From assembly GCA_964234715.1 (NCBI GenBank), contig OZ174281.1: 64,000 bases of DNA; one strand, 5' to 3'. This document shows, piece by piece, positions 27,401-41,000 of the stretch (positions within the stretch are counted from its first letter, which is position 1; each line of letters starts with the position of its first letter). The notes under the pieces are model-generated. The model saw nothing but the letters and a program-made list of their open reading frames with translations. It ran no database searches and was not told the origin of the DNA. The translations under genes and the position numbers were made by a program. This DNA comes from Podarcis melisellensis. Taxonomy: Eukaryota.

Positions 27401-30400
27401 ATCACTAAACAGGCACCTGGCCACAAAAGATTTTGGTCCCCATTCAACAGATCAGTATATGAAGTCCATTTAGATGAACTGACACTGAAGCTTGTAGTCG
27501 GTTCCACATTGGTATGCTACAATTTTATGTTCATGTTATAAATGGTTTTACCTGTTAACACTGTCATTTGCTACCTGGATTCCACTGTCTATTTGTAGTA
27601 CTGTTTTATAATCAACATATGCCTGCCGATATCGTTCCATAGACTCATAGGCCATTGCTCGACGCAGAAGAGGTTTCAGAGAATATGGATGAAGTTCTAG
27701 TGCACTAAAGACAAATGGCCAGAAGTTATTACAAATACTTGAAAGAAAAACACAGAAAAAAACATGCAGAATTTCGATATGCTTATAAACATGTAAATTT
27801 CAGATATGGACCTATCCTAAAATAAATCGAAAGAAAAGGAAATAATGTACCAAGCCGTCTATTGCTATTTTATTATATTATTTTTTATATTGGGACAATA
27901 TAAAGGAAATTCTATTAATCATATAGATAAGAGACAGATTTAAACTGAGTGATACTTATTAGCAGAGAAGCAACTCGGAGGATTAATGGTTATCGCGCTT
28001 AAAGTAGTATCTAGGTCAGGAGTAGGGAATTTATGGCCCTCCAGATGCTACTGGACTACAGCTCCTATCATCCCTGACCATTGGCCATGTTGGCTGAGGC
28101 TGGTGGGAGTTGGAGTTCAACAACTTCTGGAGGGCCACAGATTCCCCATCCCTGGAAACCCAGCCAGATGGACGGGGTATAAATAATAAATTGTATTATT
28201 ATTAGTAGTAGTAGTAGTTGTTGTTGTTGTCATCTGTATCTATATGTATATAGCTTGCAGATTGTTATAGTTGCATAACATTCAGTATGTACAGGTACAA
28301 AATACAGTGGTACCTCTTGTTGCGTTCCACTCTTGTTACAGACTTTCAGCTTACAAACGCGGCAAACCCGGAAGTGTTTACTCCGGGTTCACCATGTGTG
28401 CATGCCCATAAGTGCTTGATTGCACCGTGATGTGCGGAAGAGGCGCTCTAGTTGCAGACTTTTGGGGGGGGTGAACAGCACCTTGAAACGGATTGAGTCC
28501 ATAACTAGAGGTACCACTGTATACCCAGAGCCTAATAGCTGAAAAAGTATTTATTTATTACTGTCTCCTTGCAATATACACAACTGCCAATTACTTGGTC
28601 CAAATTATCTTTACAAGTAATATTACCTGAATTTGTCACCCCTACATGAAGATACACAATACCGATATATACAGAATTTACCTACAAATGGTTCATCCCA
28701 TATGATGATGAACTCTATAGCTTTAATAAAGATATCATAAAAGAGTAACATCCAACATTTGGGAATTTTTATAATGGAGGGGGAAGCACTTGTCTGAGAA
28801 TTCTAAGCATTTATGTAATAATATGAACAATGCTAGGTAGGACTTCAATTCAAATCAACATTTTGAATCAAAAAAAGCTGAATTCTGTGGCTTATATAAA
28901 TTATGCAAATTAAGACTGTTTAGAAATATTTCCTCTGCATAATTTAATATGTGTCAGGTAATCATAGGGAGGGACAAGAGTTATGCAAAACACCAAACCA
29001 AGGTTCTTAGCTCTGGAAATCCTGCTGTGCCCACTCTCTGCCTTCTAAGACTTAAAGCACTGCACACAACTTTCAAGCCTATCTTCATAGTTTCAGTGGT
29101 GAGGAACTTCAGCAGGTGAGTGAGTGGCTCAGCTGAAATTTCTCAAAGAATTTTCTGGTGATTTCCTTTTCTGAGCCTCTTCTGAAGCATCAGATAATTC
29201 CATTCCTCCCCTGGAGAATATTTAGAAAATAGTCTCACCAATCTCACCATTCAGTAATTTGGGATACAGTTTTAATATTTAAAACTGGTCCCTACTTCTA
29301 CTGCTCATCCTTCTTAGCTCATTCAGCATTAAGTAACAAAAATTTCTCAGAAAATAATTTTATGATTACACTATCTGTCCATTATTTTCAAGGCAGAGTT
29401 CTGAGCAGTGAGTAATGACAGAGTTAAGCACTGTCAGCACTGTCTCCAGTGTTATCACTACCCATTACTACAAGTTCTTTGTAACTTCTAAAACTCTCAA
29501 ATTTCTAAACCAACAAAAGTTGGTGCAATTAAAGATGCCAACCTATTTTACTTATTTTTATATAACAATGATTAGTTGTCTTGGACAACTCTGACACCTG
29601 AAAGCTTGTGTGAGTTGCTTAACAATTATGAATTATATGTTGCCTGTGAGATTCAAGAGCTATTAAAGAAAACTGTGATCCAAAAATGCTTATTAAATCA
29701 GAAATTTAACTATATTAAAACAGAAATTAAATCAGAAATCCTAACATGGCATCCTCCAGAGTCCAGGCGTTATTGGATTACAACTCCAATCATTCCTCAT
29801 CATGACCATGCTGCCTGAGGCTGACAGGTAGTGCAGTCGAATAACACCTGGAAGGCATCACACTGGCTACCCCTGTATAAAATACACTGACCATCTAATG
29901 TCTACATTTAACAAGGCAAGGCCTGGACAGCTATAGCTCTGCTGCTATGTCTAACTCATTAGATACTGATTAAATACATTCACTGTATAAGAGGATACAT
30001 TTTAGAAAAGCCAGCAGCAAGTTAGGAATATATGAAGCTGCCTTGTATTGAGTAAGATCATTAGTCAATCTAGGTCAGTATTGTATACACAGACTGATGA
30101 CGACTTCCCTAGGTTTCAAACTGCGAACATTCCCACTCCTGTCTGGAGGTGCCAAGAACCGCACCTGGGACTCTCAGCATGCAAAAGCAGATACTCTATC
30201 ACTGAGCTACACCCTTCCGCTCATGTTCTAGATGAGAGAAAGGATTCAAGACATTTGCCTTCAGAACTATACCCTATACTGCACCATACGTAAGAGACCA
30301 ATAATGTGTTTTCTGGGAACCACTGCAACACAATTGCAATCATGTTGCAATTATGATGCAACTACTTAAAAACGTTTTGGATAATATCAAACATAATTCT

Positions 30401-33400
30401 AGGCTCAGGTATCAAATGGAAAATACATTAATAGCTATAGGAACTAACATACAATTCTGTAATGAACTTGCTTTAATTTTACATTCAAACCAACCTTACA
30501 TGTTTATATAACTTGGAGAAATATTAACTGTCTTTCTCATCTTCCTCCCTCTTAGCAAGGAAGTGATTTCCAACACATTCTGACGAAACACATACTATCA
30601 TATTCATAGGGGTTACACATTTCAAACTGTTTAAACTCTTTAAAGGAAGGTTAAATGCTCTTTTAATCATGGGGGGGGGAATTGTTTATCTGCGTAAGAT
30701 TGGTATTTACCTGTTACAGTCTTGAATGCAGTCAACACAGTTTCCTTCTTTTAGGTAACATGCTGCTCTGTTTGAATACAAAATACTTAGATCCTCTGGA
30801 CTTTGGATTCCTTAAATTACAAAAAATTATAGTGGATTATGATCACTGAAATCAAGTTTTATTAGTATAAAATACTTCATTAGATTGTAAGTTGCATTGC
30901 AGTAGTGCAATTGTGCTGATGAAGCAAAGCTTCAAGGATCTTTTTTTTAGTGGATCACCTATAAATACATCCTACTGCTTTAATATGCAGCCATAACTCA
31001 GTTACAATGAAATTCTACACAATAAATCTGATTCTCATGGCAACGGTATATGAATATTTTCACAACTACATAATTATTACAGAGAAATTCAGCTTTCTCC
31101 TAGAAATATATTAATTGAAGAAAGGATACATTTTAAAATCACCATAAGAACTGCATAAAGATATAACTCACCAGAACTAATTACATTTTCAATTGCTTCT
31201 GAGTATCTGAGGACGGCCTCTCCAAATTGTCCATTTTTAAATAATTCATTTCCTTCAGCTTTCAGTTTTGCTGCAGTGGAAGGGAACAAAGTAGAACTGT
31301 TTTTTCCAGCTGCTGAAGATTCTGCATTTTTCTGTATTACTTCCTTGTTTTCACTATTATTTTTGTCACTGCCCAGATAGCCATTTACTTCATTTTCAGA
31401 ATCCCGTAAAACCTTTGCTGTCTTTTTTTCAGGTGTGCCTTTTTTAACACTATTCTCCAAAGGGTCTCTGAGCTTCTGTGCTTCCTTGGGTTCCCATTTA
31501 CAGCCATCTCCTTTGCTGGGAAACTTCTTTTGTGCATTCCCCATTTCTGTCTTCTCAGTTGTGATCTCTCCTCCCACTAGCACAGCAGTTTCTACAAGGA
31601 AGTTAATCGGCTAGGTTAGACTGCATCATCAGAAGGAACCATTGTGAAAGCAAAGGAGGGGTGGATTAAAAGCATGTACAGGTATATCACACATATTAGC
31701 TTACTGAAATGAATTCAATGAAAGATAACATTTTCTGCAGTCTTTTTAGACTGCACAGCTAAGTATAAATGGTTTGCCATCATGGGAATTTAACACTGTC
31801 AAATCAGTATTTTTTAAGAACTGGCACTACTCTCTTCTGAATGGTATACAATCACCTTGAAATTAACCTTTTAAATACTAGATGCTCAACTTAAAATTTG
31901 GCCTGACAAGCAAATTAGACAGCAAATCACAACTGCATTTTATATCAAACATATAAAAAGATTAAGCCATGTTCTGTATTGTGAAGTATCACATACAGTT
32001 TCCGGTCCACTAAAAGGTAAGGATAAATTCTTCTACCCTTTATTTCAAAAAGGCTTTCTATTCATATCCAAATGGTCTAGAATAGATAGCAGGGGCCAAA
32101 ATGGTACTGGATAAACCAATTAACAGTTTTTATACTAGTAGAGCTGTATTCACTTGCTACTGTCTGAAAAAACGGAATAGATTGCTTAAAATGAACAATT
32201 TGGAGATCAGTTTTAGAACCTTGATGAATATTCAATATATAAAATGTATAGCAGATAAACAGATTTACCATATGCTTTATCTCTGTTAGCCCCTATAATA
32301 GTATAATAGCATCTTCCTAAAACAAATAATTTCAGATTTTAAAAATAAAACTTGCAATATTGAACATGTTTATTTCTTACTTATCTAAACACAAAATATT
32401 AAACAAAATTGTTTAATACCATCTTAAACCAAAAATAGAAGACCACAAATTTATGAGAGTTTCCCTCTTAAAATAGCTCCAGTGTCTGCAAATCTACTGT
32501 TAAAAGACATATGAAAAACAACTGTTCAAGGTTATGCTATGAAAACATTTTAAAGGAAAATTGGAGTGGGTGGGGAATAATGTGCAATATTACAGATTGA
32601 TAGTATGTCTAAGTACTGTACACAAACAAGTTGGGAAGCTGGTGAATCAGAGAGATATTTGATTTCTGTTTGAATTCCAGGCCACAGCTATCGGGGAAGC
32701 AAGACCCTCTTGGGATGCTGTAAACCCCTCCATCATAGGCTCAGGTATACATATATATGTGTAAATAAAACATATATCATAAAGACACCTCAGTCTCTAC
32801 TGTGCCTCATTCCGAAGGAAACATGAACCCTGGGTAAGTGCCTGCAACCCCTGGAATCTCACACTGCTCAAGACTGGGATGATGTGCAGTACTATCTTCC
32901 AGTGAGGTGACACTACAGTCAGCTCCATGTCCTTCCATTAACAATTATCAAGTTAAAATTACTTTTATCTCCACTGCCATTTTCACATTCTGCTTCATTT
33001 CCTCCTAGTTCTTCATCACCATCTGAGTCTTCTATATCTTGAATAAGTATTTTTTTCCCCTTGCTATTGGTTTGAGAAATAGGTTCCAACTCTTTCAGCT
33101 TCTTCTCAATATCCAACAAGTTTTTCTGTAGTAATATAGCAATATTTATTTATTTTTATTTTAATAATAATTCTTCCACCACTGAAAGATACGCTCAACA
33201 TTTTCAACATTACATAATACTGTAATTGCAAAAGGAGAAAATTAGAGAACAGTGTCAGAAGTGAGATCAGAACCAAAGTACTTAGAACTGAAAGTACATA
33301 TACCTCTATAGGAAATTCTATTTAAAAAGAACCTGTTCAGTACAATAGTAGTTCTCAAATAAATTTAAGTAATACAGTTGTAAATGTAGGGATATTATAT

Positions 33401-36400
33401 TGGGAGTGGTGCTTTAAATTATCTGTAGTGGGAGATAGTTAAAGTAGAAATGTCTAAAATCCTGAATGAGGCAACTGGTTTAATACCACAATTGATATTA
33501 CTGAATACAGTTTGTTTGATGCTTTCATTACTATCAGTCTATCAAGATGGCCTTTGGAACCAGACTGACTATAGCTCATCATTAGAAATCGGCTCAGGAT
33601 TTCTCTCTCAGTTTGGCACAAAGATCATTCACCAACTTAAGCTACTGAAAGGGCAAGAAAAACTAGACTCTGTTTTAGAATATCTTCTATATTAAATTCA
33701 TCATGTGTAATTGGTAAACCACCCTATAATCCTCAGACAAAGGGTGGTATAGAAATTTAATAAATAAATATAAATTGTGTGGAGCAATTATACGTTACCA
33801 TACTTCTCCTGACATGTATGTGCTACTTAGGTCACCTGCACTAAACCAGAGTGAGGAAAATAAGCTGCAGGCTGACATGCCTTCCGTGTCAAGAGAAACA
33901 CTACCAAAGCCCACCAATCAGGGACGGTGCCAGTGACAACACCCACATAGGGAGCCAATGAACTCACAATACCACATCCCCAGCATACACAATACCAGAT
34001 TGCCCCACTCAATCTGCTGCAAATGGCTCAGCCAGCAATCTTGTACTCCACTGGTTGAGGGCTACAGGATTTATTGAAAGCCATGCTATGCCACCGGAAC
34101 TTGAGATACTCATTCTGGAAGGAACTGGGCTGCAATTGGCCAACTCAGTGTACAGAACCATAGCAATATCCACAACAGAGTGGCTACAAGCACAGAGGTA
34201 ATCAATTGCTCGGATCTCTCTTGAACCCTCAAAATGTGCAGATTATTTCTGTGTGACATTCCCTCCAAATCATATAACTTAGCTTGCAGAGCAGCATCAA
34301 AATTGAGAGAAATATGGTATTGTAATAGTTGGGTGAGTGGTGGGCTCTCCACTCTGGATCAGCTGATGGAAACTTACTGCTTTTTTCCCTTTTGAAAAAC
34401 CAGTTTAACCTGCTGTCATCTGTGGGATGGCAGTATTTGTATCAAATACAGTATTTGTATTAGATATATTTCATTGTGTACCATCTTTCAATAGTAAATA
34501 TGTCTAATACAAACGGTATCCACAGTTTACAATACGTCCATGAAGTCAACAATTAATACTTACCTTAGCAATAGCATTTTCTGGCTCAATATGTAACACT
34601 TTCTTCAAATCTTCTGCAGCTGCTTTGAAATTATGTAGATTAGTGTAAACAGTGGCACGGCGCATAAAAGCTGCAGATCAATAAAGAATGCATTATTTTA
34701 TTGCAATATTCTAAGTTACATAATAAATATGTCAATATAATGTGAAATAGTGGAAATGTAAAATAATTATGCATTAATTATATAATAATTTGCAACTATT
34801 GCAATATAACTTTGTAATAAAGAGGAATGGTTTAAAAATAATTTCAATTTGACGCAGACAAACCATCTTCACATATAAGGATCCATTTTAGTACAGGCAT
34901 GCAGATCCTCAGGCCGAGGGGCCAAATGCAGCCCTCCAGGCCACTCCATCTCGCCCCTGAGGTTCTCCCCAGGCCACACCCCCTCCTGAACCACACCCAT
35001 CACCAGTCCTTCTTTACAGCCCACTCTAGTGTTTTTGCCTGGCTGGAATGTGTCCTTAACTCCAATAAGGCTTCTTGCTTCCTCAATGGAGAATACAGAG
35101 AGATGTGAGAGTGTGAAGAAGCCAACCTACAGTACACAAGGCAAAAATGGCAGTAGTTGCTTAGCCCACTTTTGCCTCTGGTCTTGCCCATCAATGGCAC
35201 GAGGTCCTATAAGGCTGCCCAAAAGCGAATGAGGCCCTCAGGTTGAAAAAGGATCCTCAACCCTTATTTTAATACTGTAATTATTCCGCTAAATTTCTAG
35301 TCTGTCCCACTCTCCCATCAAAGTATAATCTGTTACCAAAAATTAACCCACTAAAAGAGATGTGATTACAGCTGCAATAACCTATATAATGTAACATGGC
35401 ATTGTTTCTTATTTATTCATTATATTTTTATGCTGTTCTTCCTCCAAAGACCTTGGGGTGGCTTAGGTTACTCCCCAGTTTTATTGTCAAAATGATCTGT
35501 AAAGTGGGCTAACCTTGAAGCCAGGTTTCCCTGGTCCTAGTCCAACAAGCACACTATAAAAAGTCTCCCACATGGTATATGTATGTACAGTATGATAATT
35601 GCATGGCATGGACACATAAATTCAAAATGTTGTATCTGTACACAATCACTTGTCATGGGAAAACAGAGCAAAAGAGATAACAATTGCTGTGAGTGGGAGA
35701 GGCCAACTATTTCTTAAAGGTGTAAGCATAATTCCAGGAGGAATTCTACACTCCCAGTAAAGGCAGCTGCGGAATCCTGAATCCCTTCCTCACCAGGTGG
35801 AGGAGTTCCACTCCTGGATGCCTCTTCATTGCAGTAGGGGCAAGTTTTATACAAACTATGCCAACACTGGAACTAGCATAACTTCCCTCCTACTGAAACC
35901 AACTGGGGATAGAAATAAAGGAAATAAGTCCACTTTATGTCCTATTTTGTGCTTAGACTCTTGTGCTTCCCTGGATCTCTGTAGGATTGCTCTGTTATTC
36001 TCCCTTTTTATTTACTTAGTTTGGTGCTAGGAAAAGGCAGTACCTAGACATGTGGGGACTTCCCTTTTACACTGTATATAAAAAGCCAACTTTTCATCTG
36101 TCAGAATTGCAATAAATTGCTTTAGACAAAGTAGACTGAACTTCCTTCAGCTGATTAATAGTTGGAAGGGGAACTCTTGTTGCTTGGAATAAACTTTTCC
36201 CACCACCGCCTGGCTAGCCCTGTCTCGGAATTTACCTTGAATTGAAGGGATACAAGCTTTTACAGTGAATATTGGAGATGAGTGGGAAAATATTCAGGGT
36301 TCTAATGGCAAATCACAGATACTGTACCCCCATAAATTCCCTTCCACTAAACCATGTAAAGCACTTAGCATGGGTACTAAGCCACTATGTGCTGAACAAT

Positions 36401-38007
36401 TCATTTCCCGCTATAGCAGAAGTGGAAAAATAAAAAACTGAGAGCGGTTATTCCACAGAATGCAATCCACAAATTTCAAAAACCAGTGTTTGTCAGGTAT
36501 ACTGATTTTGCTCCATTCATTTAAAAAGATTTTTTGCTAGCATTAATTTCTCAAAAGTGATTTCTTTAATTTTACCTTTTATGTTTTCAGGGTCCATTTT
36601 TAACACTGTCTCACAATCCTGATGAGCAACATGCCAATTCTGAAGTTTTATTTCTGCCTGAGCTTTATTATTGTATGCAGCCACAGTGGGAAAGGCAGAT
36701 ATGCTCCTGCAAAATACTGAGGCATTAGGCAGGCTGAAATGAACACAGACACTTCAGAAAAGAGTCAGGTGACGCCTTAAAGCCTAAGGTGCGGGGATGT
36801 TGTTACAAAGTAAAGCCAGAAGACCCAAGAATGAAAAAGATAGGAGTGTTACAGTACTGTACAGAGTACAAATGAAAACAAGTACCGGTCAAAAGAGTAA
36901 AAGATCCAATCAGAGTGGGCGAGGCCTCCCATCTGCTAATGAAAATGGCAAAGGAAGATAAAGAATACACATAAAGGCCTAAAGAGGGACAAATTATTTT
37001 CGGTAGTTACCTAACCATTTTCATTCTCTATTGATCTCATGCAACTCAGTGCAGAAAACTGACAAGTCATAAAGCTTTTATAATATGAAGACTATATGAT
37101 AAAGCATGTAAGAAAGGCCAAGTGATCTACAATTCTGCCTGTCACCCTTGTCATCGCAAAAGGTACATATGTCAACGATGATGAACTCTCCAGCTTAGAA
37201 GTGAAGGTAGAGCTGGGATAATCCCCTGCAACTGCACTGAGTTACAGAGCAAACTAAGTTGCACCCACCCCCAACTCCAAGCTGAAGACGAAGGCTGTGG
37301 CCTGCCATGTTGGCCGTGGGCAGTTAAAGATTCACAAAGTGCCTCTGCTGCTTAGTACCTAAACAAGCACAAGTTTTCTCTCTGGCTTTGGAGGTGAAGG
37401 TTGGCATAGGCTCATTTGGGTAATTGGCAGCAGGGCTACATCAAGTACATCCGCTGTCCAGTGCCAAAACAAATTCTAGTTCTCCACCTACAAATTTGGA
37501 ACTGGAGGAGGGTGGGAGTCATCCCCACAGTTATGCCGGGTTTCAAACCTCCAACAAAGCCCAGCACAACTGCAAAGACCACCAGGAAGAAGGCATCTAT
37601 ATATAACATATTCAATACAATCAGGATCAGTCCAAGCCATTTTTGCTGCCTAATAGGATAGGATAAGAAGGCAAAAAAATAGTGTCATGTCGCACCTGAG
37701 GTTTTTGTCAGTACACAGTCTCAGTCTAGAATGCCTTATTGTGAGGGTTACTGTGTGGCTAAACAACATATACACAGAAAAATGCATACCATAAAATTGA
37801 TATATGTATACTAGTACAAATTTTGTTTAAACCACTTTTAAATAACGAAGTTGATAGTGAAACAGCTAAATGATTTTTTAAGTGGAAGTTGCAACTTTTA
37901 AGACTACATATTAATGCCTGCCTTACATCCAGGTTGCTACTGTATTTTAATATTTTGCTGGAAGCCGCCCAGAGTGGCTGGGCAAGCCCAGCCAGATGGG
38001 CGGGGTA

Positions 38008-38046
<39 letters not shown>

Positions 38047-41000
38047 ATAGATTATTATTATTAATTATTATTATTATTATTATTGCTACTGCAGCAGGCT
38101 AATAATTACTATGGATGACTCACCGAGTATAGTAGATAACGGCTTCTTTGTAGTCTCCTGTAACAAATGCTTCATTTCCTTTTTCTTTTTCACGATTAGC
38201 AATGAAGATTTTTTCCTTTGTAGTCAAACCTAGAAAATATCTATTACATATTAAAGGAAGAAAAATTGCAGGCAAAACCAAAATTTCTCTTTAACACTAC
38301 AGAGAAATAATAAGAGAGAAGGAATATTGTAAAAGACACAATCTACAAGTGCTCTGTTGTGTTGATTTGAGTCTCCACCCACTTCAGGCAACATGCTATA
38401 TCTCAATAGTTGAACACATACTTTGTGTACAGAAGGTAACAAATTTAATTATTAGTCTGTCCAGTTAAAAGGAACTCCTGTAACAAGGCTAGGAAGCACC
38501 TCTGAGATCCTGAAATACTAGTGGCACTCAAAGTAGGCAGTTATACAGTGGTTGAAATTACACTTTGGAATTTTTTGCTTTATTGTTTTAAGGGTATACT
38601 ATTTTTTTCAAGGTATTGGTTATAACATTTTAAAACCCTGTTTACAAAAAAATGTTTTCTAGCTATATTGCTGATTTATCTACTACCTTAGCAGAATTAT
38701 GCAATCAAAAACACAGGATTTTTAAATACTGTAATCCAGCAGTACTGACTACATTACTGAATTTTGAAGTAACATGGTAAAGTGGGGGTAAATGTTTCTG
38801 GGAAAGGATAGGCAGGCATTGGATATATACAGAAGTTACTGACAATGCATACAATACTGATAAACAAATTCATATAAAATTGTCACAATTCTATATGGGC
38901 ATCAAGTCACAGTATTTTTGAAAACAGGGATTCCTATGAGTAATAGATTTTTTATTTTTCAATAAAAGGCAACAGCAACCAAAATCACTGTAGTATTGAA
39001 TGAAAACCTACCTGTTGTGTCTATATCAGATTTTGGTAACCCTTTGTTAGTAGTTTTAAAGATGGGTTTACTCTTATTTTCCTCATAACCATCAATTTTG
39101 GAACATTCTTTTTCCACATCAAACCTTAAAAAATGGAAAGGCATTTAATATATTTACATTATAATAATAAACATCCATAAATTATACAAATGTGTGTTTA
39201 ACTATAACAAGACTTCACACTTACATAGTTTAAGGGTATGATGGACCATTAATCTGCAATATAGGAATATGCAGGTGGCCCATATGGGGATCAAACCCAT
39301 GATCTTGGCATTATCGGCACCTCACTCTAACCAATTGAGCTGCAGCAGTGGGCACGTTCTACTCTTAAGTAGGAAGAACCAGCTGTACAAATATAAGATG
39401 TGGGAAAGGATCTAGGTGTCTTAGTAGACCACACATTTAATGTGAGTCAAAAGTGTGGTGCAGCAGCAAAAAAAGGCTAATGCTATTCTAGGATGTATAG
39501 TGCCCCTATCAAATGAAGTAAGAGTACTGCCTTGGAATTCCTATTCTGCCTTGGAAAGACCATACCTGGAGTACTGTGTCCTGGTCTGGGCACCACAATT
39601 TAAGGAGGATATTGGCAGGGCAAGCAAGATGTCGTGCAAGGAAAAATTCTTGCACAGATCAAATACTTGCCTTAGTATGATGTTGAATACAACTCATCAT
39701 ATTTAGAGTGCTTTCTCCCAACATGCAATTTTTGTGTAAAGTTCTCCATTAATACTAGACTTTCGAATACATTTGTCTATAGTTAGACCTGTGAGATTTT
39801 GAGAATTTCAAGGGAACGTTAACATAGAAACAAACCTTCCTTTTTCAAAACCAACCTAAATAGAACATTAGAAAATAATTGAATTAAACAATATGCAGAA
39901 GGTATCTGACATACTTATCCCACTCTCTATAGTCCCTTGGTACATTTTTATTCTTTATCACACCATTTCTTGAAGTTTTGCTCTAGAATGAGAAGTCAGA
40001 CAAGATATAAAAAAATAAGCTTCATCAAAGAATTTGTTTTGTTACTTTTCATTTCATGTAATATGAGCATTATAACATGTTTTAGCTACCTCAAACTGAG
40101 GTTTTGGAGTTCACATATGTTCAGTAAGTAACTCAATCACTTGCTATCCATTCTACAATCATGTGCTTATCAACTAAGAATAAATGTCAATATTTGGATA
40201 TTTAAAATTCTCATACGGGAAAAAATTAGAATTGCAAACATATCATTTGCAAACATACATAACCAAGTGGGACTTGCAATTAAACATTGCAGCATAGAGT
40301 GCTATCTCATCAAGAATCCAGCCCCTCCCCCTCCAGCTTTCCATTCCTCACCTCCAGTTAGTGGGCATGAAATGCTCTGCCATCACTGGGCTGATTGGGG
40401 TTTGTTTGTACTTTTTTCCTACTTCTGCAAACCTTTGAGATGCCCTGAACCTACTGATAGCTTCCTTTTACACGATTGGCACTCAGAAAATTTAAATGTA
40501 GGGTCCTGAATTGAATTGAATCAAGTAGGGTCCTGTGACAAAATGTTCCATTGTAGAGTACTTCTCTCCAGGGTTATTAGATGTTTCCCCCCTCCCATTT
40601 GATATATGACCAAGTCATACTCAGAGTAGATCTACTGAAATAGGGACAAGTTGGCCATGATTTCAGTGGGTCTCCTTCAGGTATGACTTATTCAGATGCC
40701 AACAACACATTAAAAATTTATATATATAGATACTGAATATTGTATAGAAACACAGATCCCCACCTGTTTAGATGGAAGAGAGCTATCTGAACTACGAACT
40801 GGTGGCAAATTTTCCACTTTCTCCTTGAATACTTCCGTTGTAGCATACCACATTTTATACTCATCTTCTTTCATTTCGGTAATCCAGCTCTGAAATAAAT
40901 CGAAAACATAAACATATTTCAAAATCTGAATTTTTTTTTTACCAGGCAACAACTATTTGTTATTTAAAAGTCACATACAAAATTAGCATGCTGCGGAATG

